From the NCBI GenBank assembly GCA_016927555.1, contig JAFGML010000025.1, forward strand, positions 1 to 62,288: a stretch of 62,288 nucleotides of DNA, in the 5' to 3' direction. Made by a program: the position numbers and the translations under genes. Positions within the stretch are counted from its first letter, which is position 1; the number at the start of each line of letters is the position of its first letter. Under the pieces are notes generated by a model that ran no database searches, was not told the origin of the DNA, and saw only the letters and a list, made by a program, of their open reading frames with translations. This document shows, piece by piece, positions 8,984 to 17,189 of the stretch. Origin of the DNA: Thermoplasmatota archaeon. GTDB lineage: Archaea; Thermoplasmatota; E2; DHVEG-1.

Positions 8984-10294
8984 CTATGGCCGAAACCGCA
9001 GCAACGTGCGAGGAAACGGAATCGCATCCTTGATGTTCTCTGCTTTACAGATCCAGGCCACCAACCGCTCCACACCAAGGCCGTACCCTGCATGAGGCAC
9101 CGAACCGTACCGCCGCAGATCAAAGTACCAGTCGTAGTTCTCCACTCGCTCCCCCATCTGCGTGAGACGCTGGGTCATCGCCGCGATATCGGTGCTGCGC
9201 TGTGACCCACCGACGATCTCCCCGTACCCCTCAGGGGCAAGCATATCGAAACACAAGGCTGTCTTTGGGTCCTTCTTATCACTAGGCTTGTAGAACGCCA
9301 TGATCTCCCGCGGGTAGTGCGTCACCACCACCGGCGTTAGAAAATGATTCATCAGCTTGTCTTCCTCAACGGTACGCAAATCCTTTCCCCAGTCTATCTC
9401 CATGCCTTCCTTGTCTTTCAGGATCTGTAGCGCCTCGGTGTACGTGATCGTCGGAAACTCAGACATGCGTATTGTCTCCAGTTTTGTGACATCCTGCCCC
9501 AGGACCTCTAAGTCTTTCTTGTTGTGCTTCAACACCTGGGCGAGAATATATTTGACTTCGTCTTTTGCGATAGAGACAACATCAGACAGATCCATCCAGG
9601 CTGCCTCCATCTCCGCCATCCAGAACTCTGATAAATGCCGTGACGTCTTTGATTTTTCCGCACGGAACGTTGGTCCCATGTTGTAGATCTTCTCTAAGGC
9701 AAAGATCCCTGCCTCAGCGTACAGCTGCCAGGACTGTGATAGGTAGGTTTTCTCATCGTAGTACTTCACCTCAAAGAGCGTCGAGCCTCCTTCACACTGG
9801 TTCGGCTGCAGCACGGGTGCGTCAAACTCGTAGAACCCCTGGCCTCTGAAAAACGAGTGGATCGCACCAACCACTGTGGACCGCACCTTCAGAATCGAGG
9901 TCAGCTTCCGTGACCGAATCCAGAGGTGCCGCTGGTCAAGCAGAAACTCAGGGCTCTGATCCTTCGTAATGGGAAACGGCTCAGCGAACTGCACCATGGT
10001 CAGAGACGACACCTGCAGCTCATAGCCACCTGGTGCTCGTGTGTCTTCTTTCACGACACCGGTGACCTGAACAGACGACTCGATGAGTGCCTTGAGTGCA
10101 TCTTCGAACTCAGCGTCAGGCAGATTCCCCCGCTTCACCGTCGCCTGCAGCACGCCGGTGACATCACGCAACGTCATAAACACGATGTTGCCGCTACTGC
10201 GCGTCCGATAAATCCACCCACGGAGATGCACGGGTTTCCCTGCATAGTCTCCTGTTAGCACGTCCTCAATTGGTGTCCATGTTGTCTTTGACAT
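8984..10294 (-). CDS. asnS: Asparagine--tRNA ligase
   Basis: Start moved to MSKTTW (10294). OB-fold RGW...R.SG, LDQRHLWIRS, YLSQSWQLY, FRAEKSKTSRHLSEFW, YGSVPHAGYGLGVERL. Confidence 0.9.
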   Translation of the reverse strand: MSKTTWTPIEDVLTGDYAGKPVHLRGWIYRTRSSGNIVFMTLRDVTGVLQATVKRGNLPDAEFEDALKALIESSVQVTGVVKEDTRAPGGYELQVSSLTMVQFAEPFPITKDQSPEFLLDQRHLWIRSRKLTSILKVRSTVVGAIHSFFRGQGFYEFDAPVLQPNQCEGGSTLFEVKYYDEKTYLSQSWQLYAEAGIFALEKIYNMGPTFRAEKSKTSRHLSEFWMAEMEAAWMDLSDVVSIAKDEVKYILAQVLKHNKKDLEVLGQDVTKLETIRMSEFPTITYTEALQILKDKEGMEIDWGKDLRTVEEDKLMNHFLTPVVVTHYPREIMAFYKPSDKKDPKTALCFDMLAPEGYGEIVGGSQRSTDIAAMTQRLTQMGERVENYDWYFDLRRYGSVPHAGYGLGVERLVAWICKAENIKDAIPFPRTLLRFRP

Positions 10295-10535
10295 AACCGC
10301 AAACTCACAACCCAACATCGCTTCACTGCATTTATGAATTACGGTGAAGAAACACCACCTCCTTGCCTGGGACTGTTCCCCCTGTCTGACGTCACACCTC
10401 TGCCCGCCTCCTAGGATGCAGGAAACCCCCTGAGAGTTACCCTTAAATACATCTTCTTTTATTATTGGCAATACTTTCTTGTAGTACACAGGATACTATT
10501 CAGAGAGAAATTGTACATTACTGCGAGGTATTCAT

Positions 10536-11240
10536 TTGCCAGAACATGAGAAAGCCCCAGAGCAAGACACAACAGATTCAGAAAAAAAACACACAGAATC
10601 GAAAACATCTGAGAAGCCGACAGAAGAACCAACCACGCCTCCCCCGGAGCCACAGCGACCAGCAGGAAAACAAGATCAGCAGAAGAAGAAAGACAAAAAA
10701 GGAAAAAAACCAGGGCAAGACGAGGGGGCTCCAAAGAAGAAAGAACACGATGAGAATTTCAACTACATCGTCCGTCTGGTCAACACCGATATCAACGGAG
10801 AGCATAACATCGTCCAAGGTTTAACCCAGATTAAAGGCATCGGCCGTCACATGGCAGTGCTCATCTCAGATATCGCTGAGGTTGATCGGAAGTTAAAATT
10901 CGGGAACCTCACCGAACCACAGATTGAGAAAATCCGAGAGGCAGTAGAGAACGTTGACCAGTACGCTCCGTCGTGGATGTTGAATTACCAGAAGGATTAC
11001 TACAGTGGTGAGGACATGCATCTCATCAGCACCGATGTCGCCCAACGCTTACGGGAAGACATCAACATGATGAAGATGATACGATCTTACCGCGGTGTTC
11101 GTCACGAGATGGGATTAAAAGTCCGGGGACAACGCACCAGCTCTAATGGCAGGAAAGGATTAGCCCTCGGCGTCTCCAAACGCAGGGAAGCACCCGCAGC
11201 AACAGGCAAAAAAGAAGAACCAGCAAAGGAGAAGAAGTAG
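10536..11240 (+). CDS. rps13: 30S ribosomal protein uS13 with a long N-terminal extension
   Basis: IVRLVNTDING, IKGIG, SYRGVRHEMGLKVRGQRTSSNGR; TTG start after a gaggt RBS. Confidence 0.95.
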   Translation: MPEHEKAPEQDTTDSEKKHTESKTSEKPTEEPTTPPPEPQRPAGKQDQQKKKDKKGKKPGQDEGAPKKKEHDENFNYIVRLVNTDINGEHNIVQGLTQIKGIGRHMAVLISDIAEVDRKLKFGNLTEPQIEKIREAVENVDQYAPSWMLNYQKDYYSGEDMHLISTDVAQRLREDINMMKMIRSYRGVRHEMGLKVRGQRTSSNGRKGLALGVSKRREAPAATGKKEEPAKEKK

Positions 11241-11251
11241 GAGTGGTGTGA

Positions 11252-12088
11252 ATGAGCAGTCAAAAGTTCCCCCGGAAAAAATATGAAACCCCCCTGCATC
11301 CCTGGAAAGAAAACCGTATCAAGTCTGAGCGCGAGCTCATGAAGAAGTACGGGTTGAAGAACCACAAGGAGGTCTGGAAGGCAAAAACCTACCTCGGGAA
11401 ACACCGTGAGCAGGCGAGAGAGCTGCTTGCGAAGGTTGGTACGGCAAACCCGCAGGTGAAGAAAGAAAGCGAACAGCTGCTGCTCCATCTCACCCGCATG
11501 GGGATTGTTGCGATGGGCGCCTCACTTGATGATGTCCTTGCACTTGAGACCGAATCAGTGCTCTCACGGCGACTCCAGACTCTGGTGTACCTGAAAGGGT
11601 TCTCAAGCACCCCGTACCAAGCCCGTCAGCTCATCAGCCATGGTCACATCTCTGTGGGAGGGAAAACCGTTACGATTCCGAGTTACATGGTAGCCAAGAA
11701 TGATGAGGGGGACATCTCCTATACGATGCAATCACCGCTCACTGAACTGTCTCATCCTGCTCGCCCAAAGACTGATGCCTACAAAGCAGAACCCGGGGTG
11801 TACAAACCTAAGGCAGAGGCGACAGCTGCAGCGGCACCTGAGCCGATGAAGAGAGAGCCAGCTCCAGCACCTGCACCACCAGCAACCCCACCAGCAACCC
11901 CACCAGCAACCCCACCATCGACACAAACCACAGAACCAGCAGCCCCACCGGCACCACCAGCTGAGCCTGCAGCACCAGCAGCGCCACCAACACCACCTTT
12001 GGCACCTGAAGAGCACAAGACAGCAGAGCCAAGCCCCGCAGCACCAGAAGAGAAGAAAAAAGACAAGAAAGAAAAGGAGGGGGCGTAA
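11252..12088 (+). CDS. rps4: 30S ribosomal protein uS4 with a Pro/Ala-rich C-terminal extension
   Basis: YETPLHPW, YGLKNHKEVW, RRLQTLVY, QARQLISHGHI, HPARP. Confidence 0.95.
   Translation: MSSQKFPRKKYETPLHPWKENRIKSERELMKKYGLKNHKEVWKAKTYLGKHREQARELLAKVGTANPQVKKESEQLLLHLTRMGIVAMGASLDDVLALETESVLSRRLQTLVYLKGFSSTPYQARQLISHGHISVGGKTVTIPSYMVAKNDEGDISYTMQSPLTELSHPARPKTDAYKAEPGVYKPKAEATAAAAPEPMKREPAPAPAPPATPPATPPATPPSTQTTEPAAPPAPPAEPAAPAAPPTPPLAPEEHKTAEPSPAAPEEKKKDKKEKEGA
11877..11916 (+). repeat. In-frame 12-bp tandem repeat (caccagcaaccc x3.3) encoding PPAT
   Basis: Read directly in the sequence, inside the uS4 tail. Confidence 0.9.
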
Positions 12089-12091
12089 GGT

Positions 12092-12475
12092 ATGGCGCGC
12101 AAGGGAATTGCACACATTTACTCGTCGTTCAACAACATTATTATTACACTCACAGATTCCACAGGGGCTGAGACGATTACCAAATGCTCTGGTGGCATGG
12201 TGACCAAATCAGCAAAAGATGAAGGCTCACCGTACGTTGCCATGAAAGTCGCACAGGTCGTCGCGGAAGCCGCTCTTGAAAAAGGATTCGACAGCGTCAA
12301 CATCAAGATCAGCGGGAAAGGCGGCAAGAAAGGCGGCAACCCTGGTCGCGGGGCACAAACCGCGATACGATCACTGGTCCGCGCTGGCCTACGCATTGGT
12401 ACCATTGAAGACGTCACCCCCCATCCGCATGACGGCTGTAAACCAAAGGGTGGGAAACGAGGACGACGTATCTAA
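12092..12475 (+). CDS. rps11: 30S ribosomal protein uS11
   Basis: [44 protein letters not shown]. Confidence 0.96.
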   Translation: MARKGIAHIYSSFNNIIITLTDSTGAETITKCSGGMVTKSAKDEGSPYVAMKVAQVVAEAALEKGFDSVNIKISGKGGKKGGNPGRGAQTAIRSLVRAGLRIGTIEDVTPHPHDGCKPKGGKRGRRI

Positions 12476-12485
12476 GGGTGGATCC

Positions 12486-13277
12486 ATGAAAGTCAAGACC
12501 GTGGAGTTAAAGGAGAATAAAGGGGTTCTAAGAATAGAGGATACTGATCCGTACTTTGTGAACTCGCTACGCCGCATCATGCTTGCGGAGCTGCCAAAAC
12601 TCGCGATTGATGACGTGATCATCTACGATAACACCAGTGCGTTGTTCGATGAGATGATTTCACATCGCCTGGGTTTAATCCCTATTCCAACGGACCTGCA
12701 GCTGCTGACCTTCCGCAGTGACTGTAAATGCGCTGGGAAGGGTTGTCCGAATTGCACAGTCCGCTACACCCTCAGCAAAGAAGGGGGCGGGGTCGTGTAC
12801 TCTGGTGATTTACAACCCGAGCAAGCCAGTTTTGCTATCACAGAAACAAAGATTCCGATTGTCGAGTTGACAAAGGACCAACGGGTGATCCTTGAGGTTG
12901 AAGCAGTCCTGGGTCGAGCCCGAGATCATGCGAAATGGCAGGTGGTTCTCGCACCACGCTATAAGATGGAAACCGTCATCACAGTTGATAAAAAACGAAT
13001 GAGTGATGTCAAAGCATTCGTCGAGGATCTCCCCAAGGATCTCGTCGAGTTGAAAGGCGACAAACTCACACTCAAGGATACCTCCAAGTTACCTGAGTTG
13101 GAGATGCACCTTGACAAGAACAAGGTGGATTACATCACGATTACTAGGGACCCGACGACACTGCTGTTCAGCTTTGAAACCGATGGGTCCATGTCTGCGA
13201 AAGCTGCGCTGCAGGAATCCATCACCATTCTGACGAAGAAGTACGAGGAGTTCCGCAAACTCCTCAAAGACATCTAA
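12486..13277 (+). CDS. rpoD: DNA-directed RNA polymerase subunit D (Rpo3)
   Basis: Start moved to MKVKTVELK (12486). NSLRRIMLAELPKLAID, NTSALFDEMISHRLGLIPI, Cys cluster CKC...CPNC, ARDHAKWQ. Confidence 0.95.
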   Translation: MKVKTVELKENKGVLRIEDTDPYFVNSLRRIMLAELPKLAIDDVIIYDNTSALFDEMISHRLGLIPIPTDLQLLTFRSDCKCAGKGCPNCTVRYTLSKEGGGVVYSGDLQPEQASFAITETKIPIVELTKDQRVILEVEAVLGRARDHAKWQVVLAPRYKMETVITVDKKRMSDVKAFVEDLPKDLVELKGDKLTLKDTSKLPELEMHLDKNKVDYITITRDPTTLLFSFETDGSMSAKAALQESITILTKKYEEFRKLLKDI

Positions 13278-13344
13278 CGAGGTGGTGGTTTTCCACCGAA
13301 AACTCTTTTATCCTTCTCCCCTTGCTAGTGTGCGTACCATCTCT

Positions 13345-13417
13345 GGGCCTGTGGGGTAGCTTGGTATCCTTGTGGCTTCGGGAGCCATCGACTTGCGTTC
13401 AAATCGCAACAGGCCCA
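13345..13417 (+). tRNA. tRNA-Pro (anticodon CGG), no intron, CCA not encoded
   Basis: Acceptor stem GGGCCTG/CAGGCCC, anticodon arm GTGGC-TTCGGGA-GCCAT (CGG at 13379-13381), T-arm TTGCG-TTCAAAT-CGCAA. Confidence 0.95.
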
Positions 13418-13443
13418 TACACACTTCTGTGGATTGTCCTCTT

Positions 13444-13824
13444 TTAGTAATAGTAATCAAACAGAAAACCTAAGACCAATAAGAATGCACCAAGAAGATA
13501 AATCAGCAGTGATTTGAACGACGTCTGCCTCCACCGTGGGATCGAGTAGTGCAGCACAAAATTCGTAGCAATGATAATAAACCCAGTAATAGTCAGTAGA
13601 TGCACTGAGGCAATGATGAACTTTGATCCCTCATGGATCAGTGGAGTCACCAGCCCTAGCAGTATTGTTGCACCCAGGAAGATGATGAGTGCTTCTTCCT
13701 TTTTTCGGTATTTTCCACGATGGACGAACCCCTGAGCATTGATCGTGTACAAGAAACTGGATATGAAGGTGATGAAGATACCTGTGAGTACGAGTGCAGA
13801 TTCTTCGAAGAGCCAGTCAACCAT
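13444..13824 (-). CDS. Small multi-pass membrane protein of unknown function
   Basis: About four hydrophobic segments; start placed at MVDWLFEE. Confidence 0.7.
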   Translation of the reverse strand: MVDWLFEESALVLTGIFITFISSFLYTINAQGFVHRGKYRKKEEALIIFLGATILLGLVTPLIHEGSKFIIASVHLLTITGFIIIATNFVLHYSIPRWRQTSFKSLLIYLLGAFLLVLGFLFDYYY

Positions 13825-13920
13825 CACAGGCGATATCCGCACTGTGTTTTTAAACGTGATGAGCTGCACACAGAAACAAACCGTTGCTTTTCGAGAAAAG
13901 TCTTCCTTCCATAGAAGGTA

Positions 13921-14097
13921 TTATTCTTCGACTTCATCATAGATGAGTTCGTCTTCCTCGGTGACCTCCTCCTCATCGACGCCATGATGTCTTGGCATGA
14001 CGTAGTACTCTGTGCGGCAATTCGGACATTCTATCCTGGACTCCAAGGATTTTCGAATCCATCGATGTCCACAAAACGGACAGTTCTCCTTCTTCAT
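13921..14097 (-). CDS. 58-aa C4 zinc-ribbon microprotein with an acidic tail (not in ORF track)
   Basis: MKKENCPFCGHRWIRKSLESRIECPNCRTEYYVMPRHHGVDEEEVTEEDELIYDEVEE*; RBS ggggt upstream. Confidence 0.75.
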   Translation of the reverse strand: MKKENCPFCGHRWIRKSLESRIECPNCRTEYYVMPRHHGVDEEEVTEEDELIYDEVEE

Positions 14098-14167
14098 ATC
14101 AACCCCGAAGGCAACGAATATTCTCCATAGTGTTTAAAAACATATCTCAGGAGGACAGAAGGGGTAT

Positions 14168-15442
14168 TTATGTGTTTTGGGGGAAAAACACAAATAGGCC
14201 GCAGAGGAATCCTTCTGCGAACTTCGCTTGTTTCCCTGCGTTTTTTGGATCAGCGGTCACGAAAATAGCGAGAGGACCAAACCCAAAGCGTGGTATACGC
14301 TGGACCACTACCTTCCCGGGTTCTAGTGATGAAATAGTACTTGCAAATGATGAGTCAATCAAATCCAAGACGCCGCCTTTCAAGGTAATTGACCAGGCTA
14401 TTTCCGTGGTTGTGCTATTCCCAAGATTCCGGAACCCTACAGCGACACCAAGAGGCCCACCCGTGATTTCAAGCTGTGTTTTCACAGGGTAGTTCACATA
14501 GCAGGCTGCGTAGCCGACCTTACACACCCCGTACTCAATGCGCATGTAGCCGTCCTCACCCCAGCCAGGACCCCACGAGTTCCGTAGGAACCAGACACCC
14601 TCGGTGCCTTGCGTGTCATCCCAGCCGACGAGCGCGACTGCGTGGTTGATGGAGGCGTTGGGGTTGTCTTCGTTGAACACCCCGCCGGTGTAGCCTCCAA
14701 AGGCTTGGGTCACAGCACAGGAGACAGAGACAGGACCATACGTCAGAATCGCCTGTTTAATCGCATCAGTCTGGGGAATACCTTGCGAGAACCCGATGAA
14801 CCGCCAGGAGTCAATGTGATACGGATGAGGATAGGGGCCATTGCAGGGGACGTCCCAAGCTTCATACGGAAAGTCTTCTTCTAGCACAGCACCAGTTCCA
14901 TTACACAGCCCTGGTTTCCACTGGTGGTAATCGTGTGCCCACCAGCCGCCGTTACACCCCCAGTTGTTCCGGTTACAGCTTACCAGCCACTGCTCAGAGA
15001 GATCCACCTCGATGTGATCTCTGATGAGGATGTTGCACTCCAGGGGGGCGACAGTGCCAAACGCCCAGCAGCTCCCACACCCACCTTGGTTCTTCACAGG
15101 GGTGCAGCCGCCTAGCTCACGCCAATCAAAGTGCGCTGGTAAGTCCTTCGTGGGAACACAGGGGTCAAAGTCGGCATCTACCCACCAGTTCTCAGGAACC
15201 ACGAGGCCACAGAGCTCTTGGAGCGGACGACTCGTCGCAGGATTCTCCCCCAGGGTAAACGTCCAGCCTTCCTCAATGGCTAGGTCGTGTAATCTGAGGA
15301 TGTCTCCACTGCCAATCCATGGTTCTGTGTTCAATAGGTACGAAGGACTTTCCTCGTTTGTACCACAATCACATGTGCAGACGCCCAACGGCATTGCTAC
15401 GAGTAGTACGCAAAATGCAACAAGCATGAATCTCTTCTTCAT
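14168..15442 (-). CDS. Secreted papain-family (C1A) cysteine peptidase with propeptide and C-terminal Ig-like domain
   Basis: FDWR, KNQGGCGSCWAF (catalytic Cys), LSEQWLVSC, NHAV (His), RNSWGPGWGEDGY (Asn). Confidence 0.95.
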   Translation of the reverse strand: MKKRFMLVAFCVLLVAMPLGVCTCDCGTNEESPSYLLNTEPWIGSGDILRLHDLAIEEGWTFTLGENPATSRPLQELCGLVVPENWWVDADFDPCVPTKDLPAHFDWRELGGCTPVKNQGGCGSCWAFGTVAPLECNILIRDHIEVDLSEQWLVSCNRNNWGCNGGWWAHDYHQWKPGLCNGTGAVLEEDFPYEAWDVPCNGPYPHPYHIDSWRFIGFSQGIPQTDAIKQAILTYGPVSVSCAVTQAFGGYTGGVFNEDNPNASINHAVALVGWDDTQGTEGVWFLRNSWGPGWGEDGYMRIEYGVCKVGYAACYVNYPVKTQLEITGGPLGVAVGFRNLGNSTTTEIAWSITLKGGVLDLIDSSFASTISSLEPGKVVVQRIPRFGFGPLAIFVTADPKNAGKQAKFAEGFLCGLFVFFPQNT

Positions 15443-15711
15443 ATCGTGTTTTTCCCCTATAATTATGTAATATATAACACAATATTTTCAGTGTTTATAT
15501 ATCTATGTGTAATTCCGACGAGACGTTTTGAAATTGTCGTTGGCACCGATTCTGAAAAGGATGCACCATAACAGGTTCAGAAACCACAACAAGTGCTCCA
15601 CGCTGATGAGGTGTACAGCCTCATTCTTCCCATAAACGAGGATGTTGAATATTTTTATACTACTACTGTGATACCATCAGTGCACACGGTGTTCACCGTA
15701 CTGGAGATGGG

Positions 15712-16383
15712 ATGATGGATGAAACGCAGTTGGACAGAGGTACTGATGAATGGGCTGATCCTTCTGAGCAACTAAAAGACACGCAGCACTACGTCAAGGA
15801 ACTTCATATCCAAATCGGTCTTGTAGCCTTGATTTTTGCAGGTCTCACCGCACTCATCATAGGAACGTTCTTCACACTGGCGTACGGACCACTTGTCACC
15901 GAACTTGATGTCCTGCTCTACATGTTCTGTCTCCTGGTTGGCCCAGCGGCCCTGCTGCTGTTCTGGCTGCACCTCTATGAACTGTACGGTATTATGAAAC
16001 GCGGGGAGAAAGCCATACCGCTGACGTTAGATTTCATGTATTTCCTGTACTGTGGTCTTGCGCTGTCGACCATGATGTGGCTGTATTCCTACTATGAATC
16101 CCATGGGATTTCCTTTGCTTTTTTAAGCGGGGGGTGGGCTACAGCAATCGTTGTGCTTACTGGTGAACTCCTGGTTGCCCTGCTGCTTGCGAAACTAATT
16201 GTCACCCGGGTGTTTGCCCCACGGCTTACACACTTCTTTGTAGAACGCCCCGAGAGGACATCACATCAGATGCTCCTCTGGCATCGACCGTTTCTGAAGT
16301 TGAAACATGTATACTACTTCAGAAAGAAACCTGATGTGTCCTCGTGGCAGGATCAGGACTGCTTTGTGCGGTACAGACCCTAG
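15712..16383 (+). CDS. Membrane protein of unknown function (about 4 TM)
   Basis: RBS ggag; four hydrophobic helices and a basic cytoplasmic tail. Confidence 0.75.
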   Translation: MMDETQLDRGTDEWADPSEQLKDTQHYVKELHIQIGLVALIFAGLTALIIGTFFTLAYGPLVTELDVLLYMFCLLVGPAALLLFWLHLYELYGIMKRGEKAIPLTLDFMYFLYCGLALSTMMWLYSYYESHGISFAFLSGGWATAIVVLTGELLVALLLAKLIVTRVFAPRLTHFFVERPERTSHQMLLWHRPFLKLKHVYYFRKKPDVSSWQDQDCFVRYRP

Positions 16384-16470
16384 CGTACATCAGAGAAATA
16401 AAAAAAAAAGCAACTCTGAACCCGTGCTGTGTCAGTTCTCTTGTGAGTTGCGGGTGTGCCCCAGTGTTTT

Positions 16471-16698
16471 TTACAGATTGTTAATTAACGTTGCGATCTG
16501 CTTTCGTTTATCTTCCTCATCAGGGAGCGTGATGGATGATTTCCATTTCTTGGTGCCATCGGTTAGATAGAACCCACGTGAGATGGCTACAAATTCCTTG
16601 GAGATGGATTCACCGACTGCTTTCTTGCGAGCAACCTCGATGAAGTTATTTTTTCCAAATTTTACTTCCTCTGCTTTCAGTGTCTCAAATTCAACCAT
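16471..16698 (-). CDS. Small PC4/whirly-like nucleic-acid-binding protein (putative)
   Basis: TTTATATA box (minus strand, 16772-16779) and RBS gaggt; EFVAISRGFYLTDGTKKWKSSITLP resembles the PC4 beta-sheet core followed by a helix. Confidence 0.55.
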   Translation of the reverse strand: MVEFETLKAEEVKFGKNNFIEVARKKAVGESISKEFVAISRGFYLTDGTKKWKSSITLPDEEDKRKQIATLINNL

Positions 16699-16845
16699 TG
16701 TCTACCTCTTTGCCAGGAGGAAGATGTTCATTGAATTTAAACTTTTTCAATTGTTCAGCTTCTGCTATAAGTATATAAACTAGGAAAAGAAGGAGTAGGT
16801 GGTCCCAACAGTGGGAACCCCCGAAGGAGAGCAGGATAGTTGAAA

Positions 16846-17058
16846 TCAACACAGTCCTTTCACGTGGACGTGTGGTTGGAATGGTAGCGTTGCTTTGAAG
16901 TCCTCCCCTGTTTTTTTCTCGTGCATGAAGATGGGTTTGTTTCTCTGATGCCGAGGTTGGAGAGGAGATGTATACTCCTTCATTCTCTGCTCGTACGCAA
17001 AGACTTTTGCGATGCTTTCTATTTCTTCTAACGCGGTTTCATCAGTCACCGCCCCCAC
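16846..17058 (-). CDS. Small hypothetical ORF with an uncertain start (possibly degenerate)
   Basis: Strong ggaggtga RBS and an upstream TATA, but no in-frame ATG at normal spacing; first GTG lies about 19 nt downstream of the RBS. Confidence 0.35.
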   Translation of the reverse strand: MGAVTDETALEEIESIAKVFAYEQRMKEYTSPLQPRHQRNKPIFMHEKKTGEDFKATLPFQPHVHVKGLC

Positions 17059-17189
17059 GATTTTAATATCCGCGTTTTCACCTCCTCTTATGCTAGACTC
17101 TTGCTAGCATGTATATATTTGTCAGTCGATGGTTATAAATGTTCCGAAAAAATCAAAATCCCCTGGAAAAAAAAATAAAAATACACTGC

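Noticed and set aside
8984-10294. Non-discriminating AspRS instead of AsnRS
   Set aside because: HLWIRS, HLSEFW and YGSVPHAGYGLGVER fit AsnRS better than archaeal AspRS; held at 0.9 pending phylogeny.
11877-11916. Short direct repeats as a possible CRISPR array
   Set aside because: 12-bp in-frame coding repeat without spacers; no cas genes.
11732-12117. Cys/Trp- and Gly/Ala-rich minus-strand ORFs that look like toxins or structural proteins
   Set aside because: Artefacts of reading the Pro/Ala repeat tail of uS4 in reverse.
13345-14100. tRNA-Pro as an integration site for a mobile element
   Set aside because: No integrase and no duplicated tRNA 3' end seen in the window.
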